Below, piece after piece: positions 8,163 to 17,572 of a stretch of DNA of 64,000 nt. Numbering within the stretch: the first letter of the stretch is position 1; each line of letters opens with the position of its first letter. The stretch comes from Limisphaerales bacterium (GTDB lineage Bacteria; Verrucomicrobiota; Verrucomicrobiia; Limisphaerales; SXQI01): positions 431,823 through 495,822 of the forward strand of contig JBGAGW010000003.1 in assembly GCA_044226545.1 (NCBI GenBank), written 5' to 3'. A model generated the notes under the pieces. The model worked only from the letters and a program-made list of their open reading frames with translations. It had not been told where the DNA came from and did not search any database. A program made the translations under genes and the position numbers.

Positions 8163-10325
8163 GTGCGATTCTGTTCGTTGTTGATTTTGTTAACTCTGGG
8201 TTGCCGTTGTTTCGAGCAGGCGGTTTATGCTGAAACTGACTGGCTGATCGATCCTACCTCCTTCAAAGCGAAGATCCTTCGCGACGCGCGTGAAGTGACA
8301 CTAGAGAACGGGCTGATCCGCCGAACCTGGCGCCTCAATCCAAACGCCGCGGCCGTCGCTTTCGATAACCTCATGCTCGACCAATCGGTCATCCGCGGAG
8401 TTAAGCCGGAGGCAATCGTTCAAATCGATGGGGTGAATTACGCGGTCGGCGGGCTCAAAGGACAGCCGAACTACGCTTACCTGCGCAAGGAATGGATCAG
8501 CGCGATGACCAACGACCCAGCGAGCTTCCAATTCACCTCGGCTGAAACCGGCGTGCCACAGAAACGTCTCGAATGGAAACGGAAACGCTATTCCAGCGAC
8601 ATGCCATGGCCCCCAAAAGGTGTTGCGCTCACATTGAACTTCACCGGACCGTCGCTACAAACGACCAACGGTCCAGTGGATCTCCGCCAGGTTTCCGTCG
8701 CGGTGCACTACGAAATGTACGATGGAATTCCTCTCATCTCCAAATGGATCACAGTGAGCAATGCGAGCAGTCACGCGATCACGCTGAACACATTCACAAG
8801 TGAAATCCTGGCTGCGGTGGAATACGAATCGGTCGTCGATAAGCGCGAGCGTTGGGATTACCCGAATATTCACGTCCAGAGCGATTACAGTTTTCGCGGC
8901 ATGGACATTCAGACCGCGAGCCAAACCACGCATTGGGTGATCGATCCAGATTACAAGACACAAGTCAGTTCCTCCAGCACCACGCCCAATCTTTTGGAAT
9001 CGCGGCCGCCCATCGGGCCGGCAAGCGTTATCGAGCCCGGCCAGACCTTCGAATCGTACCGGACTTTCGAGCTGATTCACGACAGCACAGAACGCGAACG
9101 AAAAGGCCTCGCCGTTCGGCAGATGTATCGCCACATCGCCCCTTGGACGACAGAGAACCCGATCATGATGCATGTGCGGAGTGCAAAGCCAGAGGCGGTG
9201 CGTCTGGCCATCGATCAATGCGCAGAAGTCGGATTCGAGATGGTCATTATCTCATTCTGGAGCGGGTTCGACATGGAGAACGAAGATCCCGCTTACCTCG
9301 CGCAATATAAAGAGCTGGCTGATTACGCGCACAGCAAAGGAATTGAACTCGGCGCTTATTCCCTTCTGGCCAGCCGCAGCATCAGTCCGACTGAGGATGT
9401 GATCGACCCAAAAACCGGCAAACCGGGTGGCAATTTTGGCAGCTCACCATGTATCGGGAGCAAGTGGGGACAAAATTATTTTCGCAAGCTCTATGCGTTT
9501 TACGAGAAGACCGGCATGGATCTGCTCGAACACGACGGCTCGTACCCCGGCGACGTTTGCGCTTCTACAAATCATCCAGGACACCGCGGCCTGGACGATT
9601 CGCAATGGACGCAATGGCGCACCATCACCGAATTCTATCGGTGGTGTTGCGCGCGCGGCATTTACCTGAACGTGCCCGATCTCTATTTCTTGAACGGCTC
9701 AACTAAATGCGGCATGGGCTATCGCGAGAGTAATTGGTCCCTGCCGCGTGCGCAGCAACTTATCCACGCGCGCCAGAACATTTTCGATGGCACATGGGAA
9801 AAGACGCCCAGCATGGGCTGGATGCTTGTTCCGCTCGTCGAGTACGGCGGCGGCGGAGCCGCTGCAACCATCGAACCGCTCCGCGAGCATCTCGATCACT
9901 ATAACCTGACGCTGGCCAACAATTTCCTGGCCGGCGTGCAAGCGTGCTATCGCGGCCCGCGCCTTTTTGATTGCGACGAAACAAAGCAAGTCGTCAAAAA
10001 GTGGGTGGACATCTATCGAAAACATCGCCCGATCCTCGATTCCGATATCATCCACGCTCGCCGCCCGGATGCCCGCGATCTCGATTATCTCCTTCATGTA
10101 AACAGCCGACTGGACGAAAAGGGATTTCTGGTCGTTTTCAATCCGCTGGATGAACCGGTCGAAAAAACTTTGACCGTCCCGCTTTATTACACCGGTAAAA
10201 CAGACAATGTGACCCTTTCGCACGAGGACGGCGAGGGCCAGACGGTGCAACTCGACCGCTCGTACAACGTCAAATTACCGGTCAAACTCGCGCCGCAAAG
10301 CGTCACCTGGTACGTGGTTCAATAA
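8163..10325 (+). CDS. Secreted 720-aa protein, putative TIM-barrel glycoside hydrolase (alpha-galactosidase-like); function uncertain
   Basis: It has a signal peptide (MRFCSLLILLTLGCRCFEQAVYA). The central region AEVGFEMVIISFWSGFD...HSKGIELGAYSLL...MDLLEHDGSYPGDVC resembles clan-D/GH36-like barrels. The CDS is certain, but the family assignment is an inference. Confidence 0.55.
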   Translation: MRFCSLLILLTLGCRCFEQAVYAETDWLIDPTSFKAKILRDAREVTLENGLIRRTWRLNPNAAAVAFDNLMLDQSVIRGVKPEAIVQIDGVNYAVGGLKGQPNYAYLRKEWISAMTNDPASFQFTSAETGVPQKRLEWKRKRYSSDMPWPPKGVALTLNFTGPSLQTTNGPVDLRQVSVAVHYEMYDGIPLISKWITVSNASSHAITLNTFTSEILAAVEYESVVDKRERWDYPNIHVQSDYSFRGMDIQTASQTTHWVIDPDYKTQVSSSSTTPNLLESRPPIGPASVIEPGQTFESYRTFELIHDSTERERKGLAVRQMYRHIAPWTTENPIMMHVRSAKPEAVRLAIDQCAEVGFEMVIISFWSGFDMENEDPAYLAQYKELADYAHSKGIELGAYSLLASRSISPTEDVIDPKTGKPGGNFGSSPCIGSKWGQNYFRKLYAFYEKTGMDLLEHDGSYPGDVCASTNHPGHRGLDDSQWTQWRTITEFYRWCCARGIYLNVPDLYFLNGSTKCGMGYRESNWSLPRAQQLIHARQNIFDGTWEKTPSMGWMLVPLVEYGGGGAAATIEPLREHLDHYNLTLANNFLAGVQACYRGPRLFDCDETKQVVKKWVDIYRKHRPILDSDIIHARRPDARDLDYLLHVNSRLDEKGFLVVFNPLDEPVEKTLTVPLYYTGKTDNVTLSHEDGEGQTVQLDRSYNVKLPVKLAPQSVTWYVVQ

Positions 10326-10404
10326 TTCACCCTCGACGCGAATCCATCGAATCGATGGCTTTCTATCGCCAACTATTCTGCGCCTTGCTATCAACCGGGG
10401 TGTC

Positions 10405-11754
10405 ATGAGATTCGCCAATATTGCCCTCCTCCTCGCCGCGGCCCTCCGCATGGTGCCTGCTGAAACCGCCGCTTCGCCGCAGGAACTCCGCAGCATGGTC
10501 AACGCTCGCATTGAAGCCGAGTATTCCTCTCTCTTCGGCATCTACACCAATCTGCACGCGCACCCGGAACTTTCCTTCATGGAAGTGAACACGTCCGCGC
10601 TCGTCGCGCGTGAGCTCCGGTCTCTTGGCTTCAGCGTGACCGAAAAGGTAGGCAAAACCGGCGTTGTTGGAGTGCTCACCAACGGTCCAGGCCCAACCGT
10701 CTTGGTGCGCGCTGACATGGATGGATTGCCGATCAAGGAAAACACCGGCGTTCCCTACGCGAGCACGGCGGTTGTGAAGGACCAATCCGGGAAAGATCAA
10801 CCGGCCATGCACGGGTGCGCCCACGACACGCACATCACCGGCCTGATCGGCACTGCCCGCATTATCGCCGCCCTAAAAGATAAATGGTCCGGCACGCTTG
10901 TGCTCATCGCCCAGCCCGCCGAAGAGATCGTCGAAGGCGCGCGCGCCATGCTCGCGGACGGCCTTTATACGCGCTATCCCAAACCGGATTTCGCTATCGC
11001 GCTCCACACCTGGGCTCCCCTGCCCGCCGGCACCATCGGCTACGGCGAAGGTCCGTTCCTGGCGAGCGTCAATTCTGTTGATATTCTGGTGCGGGGCATC
11101 GGTGGACATGGCTCTGCGCCCCACACGACGAAAGACCCGGTCGTGCTCGCCTCCGAAATCGTCCTTGCGCTCCAGACCATCGTCAGCCGCGAAGTTAAAC
11201 CAGGCACAACCGCGGTCGTGACCGTCGGAACCATTCACGGAGGCCTCAAACGCAACATCATCTCCGATGAAGTGAAACTCGAACTGACGCTACGCGCGTT
11301 CGATGACGAGGTGATGGTCAAACTGGTTGCATCCGTTCGCCGAATCTGCGCGGGACTCGGTCAAGCGGCCGGCCTGCCTGAAGATCGCCTGCCCGTGGTA
11401 ACTCTCACCCCGGAATCAACCGGCGTGACCAGCAACGATCCAGCGCTCACGCGACGACTGGCCACTGCGTTCACCGCCTGGTTCGGTGCGGATCGCATGA
11501 AAAAAACGTCTCCCGTTACTGGTGCAGAAGATTTCTCTGAATTCGCACGCACTTCTGACCATGTCCCGATTTGCATGTGGTGGGTCGGAGCAGCGGATCC
11601 CGCAAAAGTGGCGGAAAGCGAACGCACCGGCCTCTCTCTGCCTTCGAACCACTCCGCAAAATTCGCCCCGATTCCCGAGCCCACTCTCAAGGCATGCGTC
11701 GGTTCCATGACGGCGGCGTTATTGGAACTTCTGGGAGCCAACTCCGCCAGATAG
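10405..11754 (+). CDS. M20D-family amidohydrolase (aminoacylase / hippurate hydrolase-like), secreted
   Basis: A signal peptide is followed by LHAHPELSFMEVNTSALVARELRSLGFSV, the metal-ligand context MHGCAHDTH and GGHGSAPH. Confidence 0.9.
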   Translation: MRFANIALLLAAALRMVPAETAASPQELRSMVNARIEAEYSSLFGIYTNLHAHPELSFMEVNTSALVARELRSLGFSVTEKVGKTGVVGVLTNGPGPTVLVRADMDGLPIKENTGVPYASTAVVKDQSGKDQPAMHGCAHDTHITGLIGTARIIAALKDKWSGTLVLIAQPAEEIVEGARAMLADGLYTRYPKPDFAIALHTWAPLPAGTIGYGEGPFLASVNSVDILVRGIGGHGSAPHTTKDPVVLASEIVLALQTIVSREVKPGTTAVVTVGTIHGGLKRNIISDEVKLELTLRAFDDEVMVKLVASVRRICAGLGQAAGLPEDRLPVVTLTPESTGVTSNDPALTRRLATAFTAWFGADRMKKTSPVTGAEDFSEFARTSDHVPICMWWVGAADPAKVAESERTGLSLPSNHSAKFAPIPEPTLKACVGSMTAALLELLGANSAR

Positions 11755-11763
11755 ACTTTTCCC

Positions 11764-13314
11764 ATGAACTTCATGCGCTTGAGCATGGCGGTGAGTTTGC
11801 TGCTTGTTGCCGGATGCAAACATTTGGAGTCGCCTTCGCAGAGCAACATCGAAAAGCCCGAAACGAATGGGCCATTGATTTTCGAGGTGTCGTTCCCCGC
11901 GGACGTTCGAACTGAACCTGCGACAGGCCGACTCTTGTTGTTTCTCAGTCCAACCGCCTCGGAACCGCGCAATCATATTGACTGGATGGATTTCGATCCA
12001 GTTTACGCGATGGATGTGACCAACCTCGCGCCGAACACGGTAGTCCAGATGAAACCGCGTGATTTTCGCAGTCCGGACGCTCTCGCGTTTCCCATGCCGC
12101 TGAACCGGCTAACCCCGGGTAAATACACAGCGCAGGCATTGCTCGATCTCGATAATACCATGCGTGACTGGAATGAGGGACGGGGAAATCTCTACAGTGC
12201 GCCGCAGCATTGCCGGCTCAAAGGGGGAAACGGCGGGACATACACACTGCATCTAACGAATACGGTGAATGCTCCGGAACCGTTGGCCACAAACGAGTGG
12301 ATTCGCCTGGTGGAGGTGCGCAGCGAGTTGCTGAGCGCTTTCCACAAACGTGACATCTCTCTGCGAGCCGGAGTGCTGTTGCCAAAAGGTTACGCCGAAT
12401 CGAATAAACGCTACCCGGTGGTTTACCAGATTCCGGGCTTCGGCGGACGCCACACTCACTTGCCGGGATTCCTCGAGGGCAAAGATGGCAAAGCCTGGCA
12501 GGAGGGAAAGTTCGGCTACGAAGCATTGTTGGTGGTGCTCGATCCGGAAGTGCCGCTCGGTCATTCTGTGTTTGCGAATTCCGACAACAACGGTCCCGTA
12601 GGCGACGCGCTTGTTCGCGAGCTGATTCCGGCGATCGAGGCGCAATTTCGAGTCATTCCCGAAACGCGCGCACGTGCTGTGACGGGTCATTCGTCAGGCG
12701 GATGGTCTTCACTCTGGTTGCAAGTCGCTTATCCCGATTTCTTTGGAGGATGTTGGAGTTCGGCGCCTGACCCGGTGGACTTCCGCTATTTCCAAACGAT
12801 GAATATTTACGAGGATCGAAACGGTCATTGGACGCGCGAAGGCCAACCTCGTCCGCTTGCCCGCGATCAGCACGAAGCACGGCAATATTTTACGAAGTTC
12901 AATCACTGGGAGTACGTGACGGGTCCCGGCGGACAGTTGGAATCGTTCAACGCGGTTTTCAGCCCTCGGGGCGCGGATGGCCGTCCGGAACAAATCATGG
13001 ACAAATTGTCGGGTGAAATAAACCCGGCGGTGGCGGAAAGCTGGAAGCGCTACGATATCCGTCTGATTCTCGAGCAGAACTGGGCGACCCTTGGTCCAAA
13101 ACTGAACGGCAAGCTTCATGTGCTCTGCGGCGGTTGGGACACGTTTTATTTGGAAAACGGGGTGCGAGGGTTAGCCGACTTTCTTCGTAAAACGGATTAC
13201 TCAGGTTATGTGGAATTCGTTCCCGGCGACCACGGTTCGATGTGGACCGACGCACTGAAAGAACGGACGCGGAAAGAGATCGGCGATCTGTTTAAGCCGT
13301 TCAGCACGCAATAG
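11764..13314 (+). CDS. Lipoprotein esterase-family alpha/beta hydrolase (enterochelin-esterase-like)
   Basis: It has a lipobox (LLLVAGC), a GxSxG nucleophile elbow (VTGHSSGGW) and the putative-esterase pattern YPVVYQIPGFGG. Confidence 0.75.
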   Translation: MNFMRLSMAVSLLLVAGCKHLESPSQSNIEKPETNGPLIFEVSFPADVRTEPATGRLLLFLSPTASEPRNHIDWMDFDPVYAMDVTNLAPNTVVQMKPRDFRSPDALAFPMPLNRLTPGKYTAQALLDLDNTMRDWNEGRGNLYSAPQHCRLKGGNGGTYTLHLTNTVNAPEPLATNEWIRLVEVRSELLSAFHKRDISLRAGVLLPKGYAESNKRYPVVYQIPGFGGRHTHLPGFLEGKDGKAWQEGKFGYEALLVVLDPEVPLGHSVFANSDNNGPVGDALVRELIPAIEAQFRVIPETRARAVTGHSSGGWSSLWLQVAYPDFFGGCWSSAPDPVDFRYFQTMNIYEDRNGHWTREGQPRPLARDQHEARQYFTKFNHWEYVTGPGGQLESFNAVFSPRGADGRPEQIMDKLSGEINPAVAESWKRYDIRLILEQNWATLGPKLNGKLHVLCGGWDTFYLENGVRGLADFLRKTDYSGYVEFVPGDHGSMWTDALKERTRKEIGDLFKPFSTQ

Positions 13315-13435
13315 AGGTCCTGATCAGCAAAACCCTCAACCGCTCTCGGCACAATCGCTTTTCGCACTCAGGTCGCGCCCGCATTGTGGCACGAGTTTTC
13401 GTCACGCTAGGCTTCATCCGAAATTAGGGATACAG

Positions 13436-13750
13436 ATGAAAAGATTGAAGCAAATATTGGGAGTCACCGGGATGGTGGGAGCTCTGTTCATCGCAGGTTG
13501 CGCGAGCGACGGGAGTAAACGGAGCACAGGCGAAGTCATCGACGACACCGCGATTCACACGAAAGTGAAAGCGGCGTTGCTGAACGATCCGGTCGTGCAT
13601 GGAAGCGAGATCGCGGTGAACGTGGATCGCGGTGTGGTCGCGCTGAGCGGCGCTGTGAATGGCGATGTCGAAAAACGGAAAGCTGAAGAAATCGTCCGAG
13701 GGGTTAACGGAGTACGCGGAGTGGAGAACAACATCCTGGTTCGCCAATAA
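13436..13750 (+). CDS. BON domain lipoprotein (OsmY-like)
   Basis: It has a lipobox (ALFIAGC). The BON pattern is DDTAIHTKVKAALLNDPVV...IAVNVDRGVVALSGAV...AEEIVRGVNGVRGVENNI. Confidence 0.85.
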   Translation: MKRLKQILGVTGMVGALFIAGCASDGSKRSTGEVIDDTAIHTKVKAALLNDPVVHGSEIAVNVDRGVVALSGAVNGDVEKRKAEEIVRGVNGVRGVENNILVRQ

Positions 13751-13765
13751 TCTTCGAAAATCTTG

Positions 13766-13797
13766 AAGCGCGCACTGCCCAGTGCGCGCTTGTTTGT
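13766..13797. terminator. Bidirectional intrinsic terminator between convergent genes
   Basis: An 11-bp stem pairs AAGCGCGCACT (13766-13776) with AGTGCGCGCTT (13781-13791) around the loop GCCC. It is followed by GTTTGTTT and preceded by an A-rich run that serves the opposite strand. Confidence 0.8.
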
Positions 13798-14301
13798 TTA
13801 GCGCCTGGCTTTCGTAGGTTCGAGTGGCGCGTCCAAAGCGGCGAACGATAGCTCGGTGTAGAGATGGTCAAGCTTCTCGTGAATGTCCGCGAGCGGAATT
13901 CCAGCAAGTTGCAGCGCATTCAACTCTGCTTCTTTCTCGAGAGACTTCAAGGCATCGACCCAGTCGGTTTTATTTCGATCCGCCAACAGGCGCGCATAAA
14001 CGATCCGACTGAGCTTTTCATGATCTTTTTCGAGAAGCGTTCTCAGCTTTGATTCTTTGATTTTGAGAATTTCCGAAGCCACCGGGGTGAGCAGCGACAA
14101 AGGCACGGGCGGAACATCCGCCTTCGATTGACGACCGTTCCGGAAAACAGCGTCCGAGCGCGAAGGCTGTTGATCCACGAGTTCATCGAGCGAGAGCGCC
14201 AGACGTGTCGTATCCAGCAAGCTTGGTGGATTTGTGTCAGCCCCCCGAACAAACAGACCGGCCGCGACTAGAATGAGAACTTTCACCCAGTTCGATTTCA
14301 T
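13798..14301 (-). CDS. Hypothetical secreted protein
   Basis: The 167-aa ORF has a signal peptide (MKSNWVKVLILVAAGLFVRGA). The remainder is helical and charged, with no recognisable motif. Confidence 0.6.
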   Translation of the reverse strand: MKSNWVKVLILVAAGLFVRGADTNPPSLLDTTRLALSLDELVDQQPSRSDAVFRNGRQSKADVPPVPLSLLTPVASEILKIKESKLRTLLEKDHEKLSRIVYARLLADRNKTDWVDALKSLEKEAELNALQLAGIPLADIHEKLDHLYTELSFAALDAPLEPTKARR

Positions 14302-14391
14302 AGTGCCATTCTAAGAGCAAACCGTTGGCCAATTCGATCCTGCCGACGCATGAGGCGGACATCGGGGCTTGCGCCAGACGCGAAAGCGGCT

Positions 14392-14439
14392 TCCGTCCGG
14401 AATTGCGTTGCAATTAAGGACCGGATGGAAATGATTTCC
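14392..14439 (+). promoter_or_regulatory. Structured 5' leader of the DHS-like gene (two mutually exclusive hairpins)
   Basis: Hairpin 1 pairs TCCGTCCGG-AATTGC (14392-14406) with GCAATT-[AAGGA bulge]-CCGGATGGA (14410-14429), giving 15 bp including one G.U. Hairpin 2 is GGAAA-tga-TTTCC (14427-14439). It shares nt 14427-14429 with hairpin 1 and ends 5 nt before the ATG at 14445. Confidence 0.3.
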
Positions 14440-14444
14440 CGGCC

Positions 14445-15620
14445 ATGAGTTCTCGTAACAAATTTGCTGCGTATCCGCGGCTGAATCCTCTCGGAATTGG
14501 AAAGAACATCTCCGCTGCGGACCTGATCGATGAAGCTTTTCTTGCCTACAACGGCGGACGGCTCCGCGAGGCGGCCAAACTCCTGACCGAAAAGATGCTG
14601 CCGAAAGATGGGTTCATCGGGATGAGTTTGACGGGCGCACTCACTCCGGCAGGACTCGGCAAGTCGTGCCTTATTCCGTTGATGAAGGCAGGATTTGTGG
14701 ATTGGATCGTTTCGACCGGAGCGAATCTTTATCACGATCTTCATTACGGGTTGAACATGGAGCTGTATGCCGGCTCGCCCTTTTTGGACGACGTGGCGCT
14801 GCACAAGGATGGGGTAATCCGGATTTACGACATTCTTTTCGATTATAATGTGCTCCTGGATACCGACGCGTTCGTCCGCGAAGTGATTGCCGGCCCGGAA
14901 TTTCAGAAGGCGATGGGGACAGACGAGTTTCACTATCTGCTCGGGAAATATGTTTCGGAACGCGGGAAGAAATTGAAACTAAAGGATTCCTCGGTGCTGG
15001 CCACGGCCTATGAGTGCGGCGTCCCGATCTTCACGAGCAGCCCGGGCGACAGTTCGATAGGAATGAATGTCGCCGCGATGGCAATGCGCGAATCGAAATT
15101 GATCTTCGATGTGAATCGCGACGTGAATCAAACTGCCGCGATCGTTTACGAGGCGAAATCGAGCGGGCACACTTCGTCCGTTTTCATTTTAGGCGGCGGT
15201 TCACCCAAAAATTTCATGCTGCAAACCGAGCCGCAGATCCAGGAAGTCATGGGCATCCAGGAAAAGGGACATGATTATTTCCTCCAGGTCACCGACGCGC
15301 GTCCGGACACGGGCGGCTTGAGCGGCGCTACACCCGCAGAGGCAGTGAGCTGGGGGAAAGTCGATCCAAACACGCTGCCTGATTGCGTCGTTGCCTACGT
15401 CGATTCGACAGTCGCTCTGCCCTTGTTGACCGCTTACACACTCACGCGCCATAAACCCCGTCAGCAGAAACGATTGATCGATCGCCGTGACGAACTGCTG
15501 GACAAAGTGCGGGCAAAATACTTGAAGACCGGAACCGTCTCAAAGATTTTGACGAGTCGTAAGGTCGCAAAACGAGCGAGTACCGTTGGAATGAACAAAA
15601 CTTTGGAGCGGGACCGCTGA
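14445..15620 (+). CDS. Deoxyhypusine synthase family protein (bacterial DHS-like)
   Basis: [21 protein letters not shown]...[45 protein letters not shown] matches the DHS fold signature. There is a ~55-aa basic C-terminal extension. Confidence 0.85.
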   Translation: MSSRNKFAAYPRLNPLGIGKNISAADLIDEAFLAYNGGRLREAAKLLTEKMLPKDGFIGMSLTGALTPAGLGKSCLIPLMKAGFVDWIVSTGANLYHDLHYGLNMELYAGSPFLDDVALHKDGVIRIYDILFDYNVLLDTDAFVREVIAGPEFQKAMGTDEFHYLLGKYVSERGKKLKLKDSSVLATAYECGVPIFTSSPGDSSIGMNVAAMAMRESKLIFDVNRDVNQTAAIVYEAKSSGHTSSVFILGGGSPKNFMLQTEPQIQEVMGIQEKGHDYFLQVTDARPDTGGLSGATPAEAVSWGKVDPNTLPDCVVAYVDSTVALPLLTAYTLTRHKPRQQKRLIDRRDELLDKVRAKYLKTGTVSKILTSRKVAKRASTVGMNKTLERDR

Positions 15621-15671
15621 TTGGCGAGCTTTGCACATGACTGCAGCCCTTAACTTATTAATCTAAATTTT

Positions 15672-16226
15672 ATGGTCGCCCGCATTCTTAGTTTTGCATC
15701 CCTGTTTGCACTGCTTCTGACAGGCTGTAAGAGCACCTACACCGAAACGAATATCACCAGCGAACCGCCGCCATTGCTGCGAGGTAATTCCCGCCTTTAC
15801 GTGGCTGTTCCTTATGATGCCTCTTTCAAGAATCAGGTCGCGCTCAATTCTGGAAAGCATACCGCGGAGGCTCTTTACGTGGCGCTGACCCGTTACACAC
15901 GTGGTGTGTATATGGGAAAATTCCCGGAGTCCGCGACCGACGCAGTAGAAAGCGCGCGCCGTTACAATGTGGATTACCTGGTCTACCCGCACATTATTAA
16001 ATGGGAGGACCGCTCCACCGAATACACGGGAATCAGAGACCGGCTGGAATTGAAAATAGATCTGATCGACATGAAGGACGGACACCTCGCTTTTTCACGC
16101 GACATCGCCGCGACGGGCAAATGGATGACCGAAGGGGGCGACAAGCCAGATGATCTTCTGCAACAACCGGCTGAGGAATACGTCAACTCGCTCTTCAGGC
16201 GGATTGAAAAACCATCGGCCTATTGA
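15672..16226 (+). CDS. Hypothetical lipoprotein
   Basis: The 184-aa protein has a signal plus lipobox (FALLLTGC). No catalytic motif was recognised. Confidence 0.65.
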   Translation: MVARILSFASLFALLLTGCKSTYTETNITSEPPPLLRGNSRLYVAVPYDASFKNQVALNSGKHTAEALYVALTRYTRGVYMGKFPESATDAVESARRYNVDYLVYPHIIKWEDRSTEYTGIRDRLELKIDLIDMKDGHLAFSRDIAATGKWMTEGGDKPDDLLQQPAEEYVNSLFRRIEKPSAY

Positions 16227-16294
16227 TGAAATGGATTCGCAATCGTTAGGCGACCAAAAATGCTTGCTGGCGACATCGCATCAGTGATAACCTG

Positions 16295-16756
16295 ATGCGG
16301 ATGACGTGGAAGACCCTGACTGACTTGCTCGCGCGCGAGTTTCGCAACTTGCGACGCATCCCGGTAGTCAGTTTCGGTTTCGCTACCGCTCCCGTTGCCG
16401 ATGCGCAAGAGCTGAAGGAAGAGGAATTGCGCTGGGCTGAACGGGTGGACAGCATCGTGCATGACTTCGCCCGAACCCGCCGCTGGCCGGCGCTCGACGA
16501 ACGAGAACGTTTTTTTCTGCGCGAACGGATTCGTTTTGCTTACGAATATGCCTCTCTTGCCGAAATCAGCGTGGGCCGCCCCACGACCATCGCGACTCGC
16601 AAAGACGTGCAGAACGAGCAACGCCGGCTCGTGGAATGGTTGTTGATCGATGTTTGGCGGCACTCGGGCGTGATCAACTGGCTTGAGCCCTTCGTTCTTT
16701 TAACCAAAGCCGACGCCGCCCTCACAGCGCCGTGGCATCTGGAAATCTCCGCCTGA
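16295..16756 (+). CDS. Hypothetical protein
   Basis: This is a 153-aa ORF with no recognisable motif. Its stop abuts the stop of the convergent ABC-2 gene (TGA|TTA at 16754-16759). Confidence 0.5.
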   Translation: MRMTWKTLTDLLAREFRNLRRIPVVSFGFATAPVADAQELKEEELRWAERVDSIVHDFARTRRWPALDERERFFLRERIRFAYEYASLAEISVGRPTTIATRKDVQNEQRRLVEWLLIDVWRHSGVINWLEPFVLLTKADAALTAPWHLEISA

Positions 16757-17572
16757 TTAAGAACTCGCGCTGGTGTAATGGCGGACAGAACTGCGCCAGA
16801 CCACTTCAGAAATCACAAAAAGCACTCCGGCCAATCCGACGAGCAGAATCATTTCGGTGGGTGACTGAATTTTTCGAGCGATCAGTTTCGCGGGAACATT
16901 AGCCACAAGCAGCATCGGGAGAGCGTAGGTAAAGAAGGCTTTAAAGGCGCCACGAAAAGCCGCGTCGGGCAGCCGGGCAATATTAAAGAGGTTATAATAT
17001 CCCCAAACAATGCCCTGGGCGCGCACGGTCCAAAAGCTGGATGCCGAAAGCATGGTCAGAAGTGAGTAATGCACAAGCAGGCTTGCGCAGACCAAAAACA
17101 GGTACCCGAGAACCTGCCCGAACGTCACGGACAGTTGTAGTTGATATCCGGCGTAGAAAATCACCGAGAGAGCGAATGCGGCATTCACAAATCCTCCGAG
17201 ATCAATCTGGCGAAGAGAAATCACGAAGCGCGTATTGATCGGGAGCAACAGCATGAAATCGAGTCGGCCGGTGCGAATCAACTCCGAGAGTTGCACCAGG
17301 TTCGAGAGGAAGAACGTGGTGAAGAGTTGTTGGATAAAGTTGCTCGTGCCGATCAGCAAGATGACTTGCCATTTGGTCCAGTCACCGATGTGATCGGTAT
17401 GGCTATAAATTACGGTGATGAAAGTGAGTTGCAGCGCGAACCAGAGCAGTTCGACGATGATCCAGAGAACGAAGTTCACCTTGAACTGCATCTCGCGAAT
17501 CACCGAGTTACGCCAAAGGGCACCGTATATACCGAGATACCGATAAAAGGCGGATGTTTGCGTATTAGCCAT
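16757..17572 (-). CDS. ABC-2 family transporter permease (DUF990 / COG3694-COG4587-like)
   Basis: MANTQTSAFYRYLGIYGALWRNSVIREMQFKVNFVLWIIVELLWFALQL...IRTGRLDFMLLLPI matches the uncharacterised ABC-2 permease family. The true ATG is at 17570-17572 and overlaps the upstream stop by 8 nt (ATGGCTAA). The ORF-track extension to 17908 overlaps the upstream gene. Confidence 0.8.
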   Translation of the reverse strand: MANTQTSAFYRYLGIYGALWRNSVIREMQFKVNFVLWIIVELLWFALQLTFITVIYSHTDHIGDWTKWQVILLIGTSNFIQQLFTTFFLSNLVQLSELIRTGRLDFMLLLPINTRFVISLRQIDLGGFVNAAFALSVIFYAGYQLQLSVTFGQVLGYLFLVCASLLVHYSLLTMLSASSFWTVRAQGIVWGYYNLFNIARLPDAAFRGAFKAFFTYALPMLLVANVPAKLIARKIQSPTEMILLVGLAGVLFVISEVVWRSSVRHYTSASS

